This document shows positions 11,807-25,690 of a DNA stretch of 64,000 nucleotides, in pieces. Numbering within the stretch: the first letter of the stretch is position 1; every line of letters begins with the position of its first letter. Below the pieces are notes generated by a model, which saw only the letters and a program-made list of their open reading frames with translations, searched no databases and was not told the origin of the DNA. This DNA comes from Centroscyllium fabricii (Eukaryota): NCBI GenBank assembly GCA_051313645.2, contig JBNRSN020000010.1:76570001-76634000 (forward strand), in the 5' to 3' direction. Position numbers and translations under genes: made by a program.

Positions 11807-14279
11807 ATCAGGAGCATCCTTCTTGCGTCTAGTCCTTTTAGAATTTTATAAGTTTCAATGAGATCCCCTCTCGTTCTTCTAAACTCCGGCTAGTATAAGC
11901 CCAATCGACCCAATCTCTCCTCATATGTCATTCCTGCCATCCCAGGTATCAGCCTGGTGAATCTTCGCTGCACTCCCTCCATGGCAAGAACATCCTTCCT
12001 CAGATAAGGCAACCAAAACTGCACACAATATTCAAGATGTGGTCTCACCAAGGCCCTGTACAACTGAAGCAAGACATCCTTGTTCCTGTACTCAAACCCT
12101 CTCGCTCCGAAGGCCAACATACCATTTGCCTTCTTAACCGCCTGCTGCACCTGCATGCTTACCTTCAGCGACTGATGCACAAGGACACCCAGGTCTCGTT
12201 GCACTTCCCCTTCTCCCAATCTATTGCCATTCAGATAATAATCTGCCTTCCTGCTTTTGACACCAAAGTGGATAACCTCGCATTTATCCACATTATATTG
12301 CATCTGTCATGCTTCTGCCCAATCACCCAACCTGTCCAAATCATACTGGAGTTTCTCAGCATCCTCCTCACAGCACACACACAGATGCTTTGTGTCATCT
12401 GCAAACTTGGAGATATTACATCTAGTTCCCTCGTTCAGATCATTAATATATATTGTGTATAGCTGGGATCCAAGGACTGATCCCTGCGGTACCCCACTAG
12501 TCACTGCCTGCCACTCAGAAAAAGACCCGTTTATTCCAACTCTTTGCTTTCGGTCTGCCAACCAGTTCTCTAACCAAGTCAATACCTTGCCCCAATCCCA
12601 TGTGCCTTAATTTTACATGCTGACCTCTTATGCAGGACCTTATTGAACACATTTTGAAAGTCCAAATACTCCACACCCACTGGTTCTCCCTTATCTATTT
12701 TACCAGTTACATCCTCAAAAAATTCCAGTAGATTAGTCAAGCACGATTTACCCTTTGTAAATCTATGTTGACTTTGTCCAATTACTTTGATGTTGTTTTC
12801 TGACTTTAACGTTGACAAGCTTTATGGTTCATTACCAGAGAGAAGTGCCACAGCTCTGTATGATATCGAACCAGTACAATCTAACAAGTATTTAAAACAG
12901 TTGCTGAAATAATTTGCCACTTGTATTCCTGAAGCCGATAGTGAGCATAGCACAGCCCTGACTCCTGCTCATACTCACCAACAGTTCTCTCCATGGACGT
13001 CTTTATATTGCACCCAGAACTTCTCTCACCTGTGTCTGTCTCATAATATTGCTACATTTCTGGCCTCTCTCCACCCTCTCTCTCTCATCCCAGTTCTTCT
13101 CTTTCTCATCTGCTGTTGGTTTTTGCCTTGGCTCCTTTCTCACTTAGCTGTGCCTCTCTCCTTCTGTGTCCCTATCTGGTTCCAGCTACTCTTCAACCAA
13201 TAAACACACCAAGGCAGCACCATTCCCAGCGATTGGGTAAACTTCATTTTTTACTGCCTTAGCACTTCTGAAATTGCAGGATTTTTCGGCTGTACATTCC
13301 AAGATTGTGGGCTTGTTGCAAAGGACAGGGTTCTGGAATAAGGGATTGCAAACTCTACTGCCAATAAATAATTTGTTCCTTTGTACATGCATGCTGGATT
13401 TCACTTATTTCAAAGGGACAGAAATACTTAAAAATTGGAATTGTCCATATTTGGCTAAACTTACATTTTTCTAGCTCAATTTAGATTCATCGCTGATCGC
13501 CACCCTCTACGATTTAAATGTGGTCACTTGCTGCAATTTCATTGCACATTCTCAGCAAACTGATCCATGTTGATTTGTTTGCAAACATTTATGCAAATAG
13601 TGGGTTTTGTTACAGTTTGTCAGTCCAGTGGTATAAATATTACTGCACTTACCTCATGATCTAGAGATTCCAATAGACTCCCAAAATCAAATAACATAGA
13701 ATGTACGGCACTGAAACAGGCCATTCAGCCTAACTGGTCCATGCTGGCGTTTATGCTCCACACGTTACATTGTTGTCATAGCTATCAACAACTTGAATTT
13801 ATATAGCATCTTTAATGTAGAAAAATGACCCAAAATGCATCACAGAGGTGTAAAAATTTGTTTATATGCTTTGGTACCCCTTCCACCCCCCATGAATTAA
13901 TCACTTGCATTTCATATATTTCTTCAGTCAGAAGGATGGACTTCTTCATAAAATGCTGGTTTACTATCATGTAAAAGGGATAACCTTATAATGGGCAAAG
14001 ACCAGGAGTGCAGGTTTCCGTGAAGCTGAATGCTCCAACTACGCCCCAGGCCAAGATCTGATATAAAAAAAAATCCAAACTATGCAAGTTGCAGTCAAAT
14101 GCTGAGACGTAATCCTACGATCATCTGGTTTGGAAAGCAGGCCTACTTTTTATTAGTTTCCATCATTCGTCAAGCAGCTGACTAGGTGGAACATTATTTG
14201 TGACCAGTAGGTGGTTTTTGAAGGAACATTTTGTCTTCTTTCAATAAATAAAAGTTGTAAACATGCCTTATTGGGAGAT

Positions 14280-14840
14280 ATTCTGTTGATAAGAATCTTT
14301 TCACCCACGATGCCTTCATAATGATGTTGCGATCCTTTATGTTGACAGTCCATTGTTCTGTTGTATGATTGTGCTCTTTATTTGATGAGCTGTAAGCAGA
14401 GGTTTCTGATGAAACAAATGCCGTGTAACCGCTGACTTGAGATAATTCATGTGGAAACCACCCCTCTATTTGTGGTTACTGCAAGCTTTTCTATGAAATT
14501 AAGATAAGTGGATTCCTTGTGTGCATGACTTGTAAACAAAAATAATGAACCCTCTTTCTAGGAAAGCGTTTGATCTACAGTCAGTATGAAAACAAGTCAA
14601 GCTATAGCACAGGAGTAAAATGGCCATCTCGAGATAAAGTTTGCTGTGTCAGTGTTTATCCTGTTTTACTGTCCGTGCAGCAGACATGCTGAAATCACAG
14701 CTCCTGCATTCACAGCCAGGATACTGGTGTTTGCTGTGTTCTGCTGGCATGTAATAACTCGATCTGCTTCGTGCAGATAAAATATATTAAAAGTATGGAA
14801 GAGTGAAGTTTGTGCCCCAGGGAGAAGGAGAGATAATGCA
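14280..14840. promoter_or_regulatory. Putative GATA/RUNX enhancer
   Basis: AGATAA at 14440, 14502, 14632, 14775 and 14831. TGATAA at 14287. TGTGGTT at 14471. Confidence 0.4.
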
Positions 14841-17834
14841 TTGAAATTGTTCAGAGGTAGTTAGATGCCTAATGGTCTAATATGTGATCTATGTGAGGTC
14901 CGGTGTCTGACTCTCATAAATTCTGGCTACACTGATCCAGTAATTTAGGGTACAGGATGGAACTGTCATCTCTAGTCATCAGTGCTTGGGATCTATGATG
15001 CTGATTCTTTTTGTTGAGTGTGTTTTATCAGTTTTGTTTAAAGCGAGGAGCAGTAGGTGGTTTAAACTGTTTTTTTTTGTTTGCTTCTGTTAAGAATCTT
15101 CACTGTAGCTACTTTTTTCCTTATTGGTGAAAACAGAGGTGGGTTTTAACATAGGTTTTTTGGGGAGCCACATAGTGTCCCAGTTAAACTGCACCAAGTG
15201 GTGCAGCATTTTAACCGTGATTGTAATAGACGGTTACGGTTACACCCTCCATTTGTACTGTCGTTGCCCTGGTGAATTTGCTACTTACGCTGAATTGGCA
15301 GTTTCTGCAAAATTGGCTGAGTGCCACCACATATTTGGTATTGGTGTGGTGCAAAAGATTGCACCACATGAACATCAAATGTGCAGTATAACTGGGGCAT
15401 GAGGTATGTGGTTGTAATCAATTATGCACACAGTATTATAATCCCCGTCTATGTTTATGTCTGAAAGTATATTAAGTGCGCTAAAATAAACCATTTTGTC
15501 ATGTACAACAAAATACATTTCAAGTACAGTCAGTTGCTAAAATTGTAAATGAAAAACTTCAGCGTTCAGTAACCCTCCAATCACAGAAAATTCCAACATT
15601 TATTCCATGCGCATACTTTTCAAATCCTTACAGTAAAACGTTTCAATTATTTTGTGGAATAAAGAATTTCTTGGTGTAAGCCCCTAGTTAGAAACTCTTT
15701 TTGCCTGTGTGAGCTAAGGTTTGTTTGATTTATCTGATTTGCCTCTGTTGAGATTCTCTGGTTTACAATGTGTGCACAAGCCATTCATTTGGTGTTGATG
15801 TTTATTCAGAGGACTTGCTGATTGAGTGTACTATGCGATTTCTACAAATTTATGACAGGGTAGCATAGGTAATTTATAGAACGTTACCTAGATTCAGTGA
15901 AAATTTCACTTGCGTTAAAGCTATATGTTAGGGCAATAACTGGACATTTGGATCTTCCCACATTATACATGTATGAACACACGAGGAAATGACTAAACTT
16001 CACCTTAACCTCACACAGCAGTACTGATAAGATTTTGGTATGAGGCCTCAGACGTATCATTTCAAAATATGGCAGGCTACAGGCTCAACTTGGAAGGCAA
16101 ATTGATAACAAACGTTGCTCTAGAACCTTGCACTAACTCAGTGAACATGAATTAATGGTGTAGCAAACAGGCGTCTGGCTGGAAGCCAAGCGGGAGCAGG
16201 AGAGAAGCCAGCTATTGTTGAGGGGGCAGCACTGTATTCTATGGGGGAGCCCTGTTCACAATAGAACTACATAGCTACTGGGTTTTGAGCGTGGCCTTTG
16301 AAGTGTATGAAATGATAACTGTTTTATTTCTCTAGACACAATCATGAAGGCCATTTACTGGAGCTTCCATAATTGTTGTTCTGTAGCCTGTAAGCACTGT
16401 TGAGGCAGCAAGCAAGTGAAGCTATTTGCTGCAATTTGAATGCCTGTGCTTTGCTCGCTCTCCATGTTTAGTAGTGCAAGCCTGTGAGGCCAAGTGAGTC
16501 ATGCAGCATTCCTGCCTGTTTTGGCTGTTGTCAGGAAGTAGTAACACTTAGATCCACATACGGTGCAGCATAAATTGACTACGCCAGTTGAGAGTTAAAA
16601 TAATTAATCTTGTGCAGAAAAAAATCTGTGTGGCATGCAGTAGAAAGTATCCAGTGTTAAATCATTTGAAGTTATTATTGACAACAATACTAAGAGGCAG
16701 AGTTTTGAGTTTGTAACAGGGAAGATGAAAATGAATATCTAGTTAAAATGTACACATTGTGTAGCTACCATTTCACACCTCTGAGAGCTTCATCAGTGAA
16801 GAGTGGTTTCAGGACAGCCAAACCTATGACCTGTGTCCTTAATTCACCACAGTCTGGTTCCACAGTGATGAAGTGATCCATCATCATTGTTACTATATTC
16901 TAGCATGTATTCCACTGGGAAACCTCAATTGCTACAGGATGGCTATGCCAGAAAATGAATAAGTTAGTGATTTCAAATGGCCATATACATAGCATAACTG
17001 CATTACCTGAGGATGTGTTGCTTTCCCTACAATAGTTAGTTTTGGTTTTATACTGACAACTTATTGTCATCTGTACTGGAATAGTTGGCTTCAATACAGA
17101 TAGAGCCAATATTGACGGATCATATAGAAAAAGAAAACACATATTTAGATGACATATAGTAAATAATATGTTTGGGGCTACAGTCCTGAACCACTAGAGA
17201 TATATTGAGAAATTATTCTGCATTTTGGCCATTCAAAATTATCATTTAAGCCTTTTGATTTCACCCACTACTCTTCCTGATGAAACATCCTTCTTGTTTA
17301 TCTAAACCATTAATAATCTTCATTACTGAGTAGAAAATATAGGACAATTACATTGTTTGGATGAATTCTGGTGTTAGGAAGCGTATTTATCACTGTGGCA
17401 TAGTGCAGCACCTGACAGCGGACGATTGATGACCAAGAACAGTCCAAGTGGCTAAGGCAGCCTTATACAATGCAAATTACCAACTGTGAATTTAGATTCA
17501 TCCTATTCATTTCTTTTGCCTCTGCTGAAAACTATTAGTGGTTTAGTAGTAGCAAGGGGTCATTACTAATATGGACAGGGTAAGATGAGGAAAGCCTCCT
17601 GCAATTACATGGCTTTCAAAAGGGCTAGAGGCCGATCCAAAAAAGTGTCAACACCCAGCAATCAAAATAATTTATTTCATTTTTTTTAAATCCATATTAG
17701 GTGAGCATTACTTTCTTTGCAAAGATTTTTTTAATGAAACAGCATCCTTCTGTAGGTAGACTCATTTTAATCAGTGCCAGCTTTTGTTTTGTGGCTCTTA
17801 ACATCTCTTGACCGATATTTTTTTTTTTGGGCAG

Positions 17835-17911
17835 CATCCATACCCATCAGAAGAGCAGAAGAAACAGTTAGCCCAAGATACGGGACTCACAATCCTACAA
17901 GTGAACAACTG
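17835..17911 (+). CDS. MEIS1/MEIS2: MEIS homeodomain coding exon (equivalent to mammalian exon 8), [25 protein letters not shown](W); paralog MEIS1 vs MEIS2 unresolved
   Basis: A poly-T tract and GCAG acceptor end at 17834. The 77-nt exon runs CATCCATAC...AACAACTG and is followed by the donor GTGAGT at 17912. The translation is the MEIS TALE homeodomain loop (PYP) plus helices 2-3. Confidence 0.97.
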
Positions 17912-18636
17912 GTGAGTGACTTATCTCGGCCTTTTTTCTCTGGCGACGCTCTTTGATTTGCAACTAACCCCATCTTTTTGAGACGCAAAACTATTTAGCC
18001 CACAAACATGCAACTTTGGCTCTGGTGTGCTGGATACTAGGCATTGCATTGTCCCATTTTCAAATGCAGTAGTATTTAAAATATATTGATTTTCCTTTTT
18101 GATCATTTTTTTAAAAATAGATTTTTTTTCTCCATTTTACATGTGTGATATGACGGATTACCGCCACTGCAGTCATACTAGTTGTCCCTTTGTAGATGGC
18201 TTAACACATAACTTTGAATGGTAGGGGTGGGGGGATGTGGGGGAGGTTGGATTAAATAAAATGATCACAGTACCAAAGAAATGATACAGGAATTACTTAT
18301 CAAAATACTGGCCCGGGCTTTATCTGCAGCTTAATTTTGTTCAGTACATTCTCGGGTGATGTTCAGATTAATTGAACTGACAGTTTCCTTTCAAAATTCA
18401 GGGAAGGTATTTGCACGGATTTCAGGTCTTATACAAACTTAATTACATGGAACCCCATTTTATCATTATAATTCCATGTAGCAGAGGTTGTATTTACAAA
18501 TGAGAAGACTTTCCTTTTATTCGCAGCTTTCCTTAATATATTTATCAAAGCAGGTTCATTTACAAAGTGCTCTATCTGTGGGATACAGGCAGGCAGACAT
18601 TAACGAAGCTTTTAGGTTTATCGGACTCCGTGCCTG

Positions 18637-18870
18637 NNNNNNNNNNNNNNNNNNNNNNNNNNNNNNNNNNNNNNNNNNNNNNNNNNNNNNNNNNNNNNNN
18701 NNNNNNNNNNNNNNNNNNNNNNNNNNNNNNNNNNNNNNNNNNNNNNNNNNNNNNNNNNNNNNNNNNNNNNNNNNNNNNNNNNNNNNNNNNNNNNNNNNNN
18801 NNNNNNNNNNNNNNNNNNNNNNNNNNNNNNNNNNNNNNNNNNNNNNNNNNNNNNNNNNNNNNNNNNNNNN
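18637..18870. other. N run (234 nt), gap or masked sequence
   Basis: Seen directly. Confidence 0.99.
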
Positions 18871-19259
18871 AAAGCTTAGCCAGGGCCCTTTCATGCTCGT
18901 GCTATGTAGAAGGCAATGTGCCTAGCTACAGAGCAGAAAATTGAGTTGCTTAGATTCTGTCAGGGTGACTTATGCAGAAATAAACTGCTGTACTGAAGAT
19001 CAAAAAAATTACCGAATTGTTTTATATTTTTAAAAAATCATCTTCCTTAAAATTCAATTACCCCTGTATTATGTTTATGTTTGAATTGGCTGTATGAATG
19101 CAATGAGTTCAAGAGCAGTTAAAGCTGTTGGTTCAATTAAGTATTTTAATTTTACCAGTTTATATTATGCCAGATCTGATACATCTTGTACCAAGTTAAT
19201 AATTTAGTATATCCTAAAGAACTGACAATGTTAAAAGCTCAGCTACTCAAACATTAAAG

Positions 19260-19770
19260 GCTTCACGGTTATCAGCTGACATTGTCATTTTTGGAAAAAA
19301 AAATAGATATACAACAGTTTGTACAGGTTGGCAAGCTAAAGGTCAAAGGTGATGCAAGGGTCCACATTTGTAAACACTGGACAGGTGGCTTCAAGTACTA
19401 TATCATATTCTGATTAGACGCCACAAAAGTACACTTTTAAAAATGGAAAGGGCTACTAAATAGCTATAAAATACATTCAAATTAAATTCGTGCTTACCAA
19501 GCTAAAGAGTGTTTTGCAGAAGTGTTGTAATCAATTTGAACAGCTCCCTTATTTGATATCAGCAAATTAATGGTCAGTGACAGTGGACTGAAGCAGTCGT
19601 TTCTAGTTTCCAGCAGCCACATGAAAGGAGATGCTGAATCATTCCTTTGTCTCAGCAGCACAATCACGGCGTGGAGAAGCCACAAGGAAGCTCTGTTTTG
19701 ATATTAGCAAGTGGTGCATCATTCTCAGACGGCTGAAACACTGGGTTTGTGATCCCTTGGAGTTTACCTA
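19260..19770. promoter_or_regulatory. Putative conserved non-coding element downstream of the homeodomain exon
   Basis: TGACATTGTCA palindrome near 19277, DR1 AGGTCA-A-AGGTGA at 19340-19352, and AATTAATGG plus TGACAG at about 19565-19583. No recognisable TEs. Confidence 0.45.
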
Positions 19771-22529
19771 ATATTCAGTTGTTAGAGGCAAAAGAAAAGG
19801 ATAGTGAGCAATGTTTAGACTGTGCTGGATAAAGTGAAGTGAGAAATATTGTCAAGGCTTCTGTGCAAAAATAAAGAGAGAGGTGAAAAGATTTTACTTT
19901 ACATATAGTCAGGTGCATTTTTACCTTTTGTTTCAGTTCTAAATTTAGAAAGATTTACTTAATTCTCTAGGGTGTGCTCACTTAGGGGAATTTTAGTACT
20001 ATCTGGGATTTAAAATCACATGATACCTGAAGACTGAGGTTTTGCTCCGTAGTGTCAAATTACTGTTTCTTTTTGAGTTTATCTGATTGTTGTGAAAACA
20101 TCTTTGGATTCAATTGTGACTCATGGGAAAATATTGCGGTGGTTACATCCAGGCTTTTGGCAAGAACCAGTGTTTAATGGCATATGGTGTGAAATTTATC
20201 TTATCCTTATATATGATGAATGATGACAGACACCAAATTTTGCATGCATGTACAGATTCAGTTTATCTTTCTGGGTTATGCAGTGGTTAGTCCATAGTCT
20301 AAACTGCGAACCATGCAATTGAATAAAAAAAGCTGGTAATTTAATTCGTCTTTGTTAATGTTAACAGAAGTGATAATGCTCTAAATTGGGCTGTGCAGCA
20401 TGGCTGCATATGGTACAAAGAGATGGGTCTTTCCTGCATATGCGTAATATGGTTGATAGTTTATTTTATGAGCTTACCTGTCACCAGTACATGCCTTTTA
20501 ATTACGTAATATTTGATTTATTTTTAAACTCGGCACAAGATGACAGTGAAGGAACTTAGATATTTATAATAAACCTTCACTTTAAGATTTAATATGGTAA
20601 TTAATCAACAGTTTTCTTTTGATATATAATATATTAAGGGCCTGATATTGGTTATTAGAAATCTCTTAATATCATAAATGTAAAAAGTGTCATTTTATCC
20701 CCACAACATACAGGGGGTAAAAATTAATAACCACATTTTTCTAGATCTCTTTCATTCTATCCCGACAATAGAATCTTCCCACTTTTTCACTAGAATTACA
20801 TTATCAATTATATAAAAATGAACAATGATTGTTACTACCCAATCATTGTTAAAATATGGCTACCACTTCAATATTAATAGATGGTTACCAAAAGGATATA
20901 TCAAATAATTAGCATCGAAAGACGGTAATAAGTAGCTTATTAAAATCCATGGAAGGAATTTCTGACCTTAGCGCTCGGAAGAATACATATCACATGACAG
21001 AGAAGTCATCTTGCAATATAAGCACCCTCCTTGTGCTCCCTGTTGGATCACCTGCCTATGACATTTAATAAGCTATATGTATGATTTATTGTGTGCCCTT
21101 TTGACAAGATCTGAAAACTGAAATGTTATAGTCCTTGCTGGCATCCAGTACTGCTTTCATTATACACTCATCTAATGGAAGTGTTACATTTAGTCAAATG
21201 GATTATATGTAGAGCTGTGCAGGTCTTGCACATTCCCTGTAGTCATTGTTCAGAGCATAATAAAATTATGCTATCAATTTGCTATGAGAGTTCAGTGACT
21301 TATACCCCAGTGTGTTTATACTGCAATCTGCTACATCTCCAACTTGTGGTGATGCAAACAGCACATGGATTCCATTTACTGACTTCTTAACAGTAACTAA
21401 AGAATTAGCCAAAGTAGGAAGGCAATATACAGAGAGACATGTTCCGAAAGGTTATAATAACTGTCTTAACTCTACACTAGCGGCTTATGTGACCTAAAGG
21501 CACTTGGTGAAATTGAAACATTGTGCAGATGAAATGATCGGCCTCATTTTAATAATGCTAATTGACAGCTAATTAGGGGATTGTGTTGTTGTTAGGTCAT
21601 TGTACTGAGTCTGAGGGTTAACCCAGTCCTTTTTACTATGACACTGTAGCAGCAAATAACTACCACTTCTGTGATAAATACCACTTCTGATATTACAGAA
21701 ATCATTCCTTTGAGAAATGTAATCTTAACAATAAACTACAAAAAAGTCCAGAAATAGCTGCCAATTACTGTTATAATTTCCATCTGAATTGACATAATTA
21801 AAGTGCAATTTTTCAGAACCAGAAGCACTTGACCATAGCCAGTCCAGATGAGTAGTATGTTCCTCTGCATCCCTCATTGACCATCGCTGGTTCCAAAATC
21901 TTTGCTGCATCCCGCCAACTGACAACTCATGCCCCATCTTGTATTCTGTGATTTGATCCCATGTTCAAGCTCCTTTACCAATACTTTGGCTTTCCATCCG
22001 TAAAACTCAAATCCTGCTTGCACATGCATATGTTGTACATAAGCACAAGAATCAGAGGTTTAAGTACCACCTTATGTTGCATAAAAATTATTTTTGAACA
22101 GCACACTCTGATTTGCATGCTGTTGAACCATCTCCATCAATATGACTTTGTCCTTGCATTTACATAGCACTTGTGCCCCTCAGTTCAGCCCCCACCCCAC
22201 CACCCCCGCCCATTCAAAGGGCTCTTTCAAATTAGGAAAGCAGATGGTGTTGACACCGAACTTCTTCATGTCTGTTCTAATGATAACACATCATTCAAGT
22301 AGGGAAAGATAGAAAATATCAGGGGGGTTTTCTCCCCTCTAGAGATGATAAAAGTCTCTATTGTGCTGCAGTGCATCCCTTTCAGAACCAACAAAACTTG
22401 CTGAACAAAAAACAAGAGAGTTCGAAGTGATAGGAGCCCTCCGACTAAAACTAGTACATTTCTGGTTACAACAACTTGCAATTCTATAGCACCTTAATAT
22501 TGAAAAATGTTCCACAGAGGCATAAGACA

Positions 22530-22950
22530 AAGAAGAACTTGCATTTCATGACCTCAGGACATCCTATAGCATTTCACAGTCAATTAATTACTTTTGAAGA
22601 GTTTTGATTTAGGGAAATGTGGCAGTCAATTTGGACGAAACAGCAATGAGATAAATGACCAGATAATCTATTTTAGTGACATTGGTTGAGGGCTAAATGA
22701 TGGTCAGTTAATCAGGAGAACTACCCTTCTTTTCTTTGAATAGTGGCATGGCACCTTTTATGTTCACCTTAGAGGAGCTTGGTTTAACATCTCATCTGAA
22801 AGGCAGCACCTCTGACAGTGCAGCACTCCCTCAGTACTGCACTGGGAATGTCAGCCTGGATCATGGGCTCAAATCTCTGGAGTGGGAGTTTGAACCCGCA
22901 ACCTACTGACTCAGAGATGAGAGTGCTACCCACTGAGCCACAGCTGACAC
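22530..22950 (-). mobile_element. DeuSINE (SacSINE1-like) tRNA-derived SINE
   Basis: Reverse tRNA head ttgaacccgcaacctactgactcagagatgagagtgctacccactgagccac. Deu-like domain gacagtgcagcactccctcagtactgcactgg. L2-type tail aagaacttgcattt. Confidence 0.8.
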
Positions 22951-22954
22951 CAAT

Positions 22955-23350
22955 CCTTACTCCCCACAAATTGCAGCTCATTCGGAACGCCTCAGCTCCT
23001 ACCTTTATCTGCACAAAATTCCACATTCCCATTGCCCATCTGTACCAAGCTTCATTGGCTGCCCCTGCTCAAGTTAACTGAATGCAAGATCCTTATCCTT
23101 GCTTTTAAACAACTCCGTGGAATCATCCCAGCCCACCTCAGCTATCCCCTCCAATACCTATTTACACCTTGTTCCCCATTCTCTCAATTCTACCATTGGT
23201 AGCCACTGTTTCAACCACCATATCTATACTGTTTGGAATTCCCTTCCCATATCACTCCGCCTTGCCATCTCCCTTCCTGCTTTTAAGAACCTCCTAAAAC
23301 CCTTCTCTTCAACCATGTACCTGAGGAGCACTATTACAAATGCAAGGTAC
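22955..23350 (+). mobile_element. Old degraded L2 LINE 3' fragment
   Basis: Resembles the reverse complement of the L2 copies at 34510 and 46965 (HKLQLIRN..., WNSLP...). Confidence 0.6.
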
Positions 23351-23863
23351 TGCTATAAGAAAGGCAAAAAGCCTGTTTCGTGAAACAAAAAAAAACCAAA
23401 GTACTTACAGTGTGCTTTACGTTACAGCAATAAAAATGTTGACTGCTTATAATTAGCAGGAATTACCCACCTGTTACATAGCCATTTTGTTATTTCACTG
23501 TTGTCCAACAACAGTAAATCAGGAGGAGGTTGTGGCCTCCAGAAATGGTAACCAAGTAGTTTTCGAAATGGGCACTCGTTATGAAAAACAGGTGGCAGCA
23601 AAACAGCTTTGTAGGTTTGTGTGCATCTTGTATTAATAAAATCTTCAAATAGCCTGAGCAAAAAGGCAAACTGATATTTAAAGGAGCTGAGTCATCTCAT
23701 GGAAGGAGTGGAGGTGATATGATGCTGGGGAGCAACCTCTTCCATTACCTTAACAATAGTGTTTGTATGACATTCTCTATGGGGCTACGGTCATACTGCT
23801 TTTATATGAACTTGCTCTTTAAAAATAATTGTCAGAACATCTTTTCTGTAAACCGCACAGCAC

Positions 23864-24705
23864 GGGGGGAATTTTCATGTCCCCGTGAGTCGGGGTTTTG
23901 GGCTGCCCGGCCGGCAAAATAGCGGAACCGGCGGGTCCCGCCCCACCCCCCCGCCGGATCCCCGCTGCTTTCTCATTTTCGCCCGCCCAGATTCCCCGCC
24001 CCGAAACCTTCCTGCCACCGACCGGCGGGGATGGGTTGTCACCTCGTTAAGGGCCCTTAATTGGCATCTTTAATGCGATTTTAAGGGCCCTCAGCCATTT
24101 TGCAATGTTTTCTGCCCTAACCCCACCACCTTAAACCCCGCTGGGTGAAACCCAGCAGGAGCACAGCGCTGGTTATTACTTTTGGACTATAACCTCGTGT
24201 TGTGTGACTTCTTGAATTTATTACTTTCTCCTTTAAGGTGTGAAGGACATGCTGGCAAATGCTTGGCTTGCCTCCAGCATCTTAGAGGAGTAAGTACCTC
24301 TGTTCTGGCTTCAGCATCAGCTGTGAACAGAAACTGAGCAATCTCAGTTCTGATCATGTCCTCACAGCTGGTGCGAGCTGTGAGGGATTCGGAGCCCGCC
24401 TGCCCACCTGTCAGTCACCAGCACTTGGCCTTTCCCATTGGCTCCACTCCACTGTGATGTCACAGTGGAGTGTTTCCATGGGAACTAACAACAACCAGTG
24501 CTGGAACTGTCAATCAAAGTGCTCGCAGCTCCGCTGCAGCCCGACTCGATTGACCTAATTACCTCCCGCTCCCGCCGACGGGGATTTAACAACCTCATTA
24601 AACTAAAATTGCGTGGCCTTCCCAGCTGTTTGGGTGGGCGGGACCGGAAGCCGCCCAGACCAATCCCCGCCAGGTTCCTGCCCTTCCGGCAAAGTCCCCC
24701 CCCCC
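23864..24705 (+). mobile_element. Non-autonomous PIF/Harbinger-like element, family A copy 2
   Basis: TIRs GGGGGGAATTTTC / CAAAGTCCCCC(n) with a 3-bp TSD CAC on both sides. Confidence 0.78.
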
Positions 24706-25690
24706 CACGTTTCTATTTATTGTAGACATATTTGATGCAACCGCACTATTTTCTGTCGAGCAGTAGTATTGTCAATGTGGTAACATCAATGTCACAAATC
24801 AATGTCTGTAAACAAAAATTGATGGCTTGCAAACCTGAAATATCTCATGACATGGGCCCCTTTAATACTTGTGAGCAAGATATCGTGATATTAAAAAAAA
24901 AGTGAACCTGGAAAGATTATACAGTTGCTTAGAGACAGGTCAAAATTATGGGCTAATATTGCAATAATATTATATCTGAACAGAGAATTGTATATTAAAG
25001 CTAGATTTTTTTCCCTTGTTTGAGGTACCAAGTTTTTTTCTTATTAATATCTGCAGCGGCAGTTGTGTGATGTAGCACACTCAGAGTCAATGTGGCACAG
25101 GTTGTGCGCATAAATCAACTTTAATTTTAAGGTGGGTGGCAGCAAGGAAATGGTATTGAATATAGACAGAGAAAAATAGACTAAAACAGAGTGAAGGATG
25201 CAGTGTACACAAATAAGCAGCTTAATGCATCTTGGCACACAGTGTAAGCCTTGTAGGAGCTCGAAGAGCCTCAGGCAATCTGTGAGTTGAATAGCAATTT
25301 TATTACTTTGTCATTAAACCAATTTCACAGCAGTATTGTTTGTTAATGAGCAGCAGCAAACGAGTGAAGATGTCACACAGTGGAATAGCAGTGAGATTTG
25401 TGACCAAGGACTGCATCACTCAGATGAAAAGGCCATCGAAGGCTATAAAAAGGAACAATTTAGGGGGGGAAAAGCAGTCAGTCTGATATTTCTGAGCTAA
25501 CAGCTGTAGGAATAATGTCAGTATAAAACTCGCTAAACCAGATACGAAGAACGGTGTAGCAGGTTGTGCTTTTAAACTGTTAAGCGAGGGGAAAGAGCAT
25601 CTATTTAAATTCACCTACGTTATGCATTACGTTTTGTAAAATAAAATATTCTTTTGTTTAATGACATCTGCATTACCAGAAGTCTTTGTA

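Larger units (their letters stand above)
10850..12783 (-). mobile_element. 5'-truncated CR1 LINE (RT C-terminal half plus 3' UTR), interrupted by SINEs
   Basis: Minus-strand ORF pieces read SCLTNLLEFF, SGVPQGSVLG, SKFADDTK and VRPHLEYCVQFW, with stops and frameshifts. The CR1 tail is at 10850. Confidence 0.93.

Noticed and set aside
1-17834. Preceding MEIS exon (…[22 protein letters not shown])
   Set aside because: Not found by eye; it probably lies upstream of the window.
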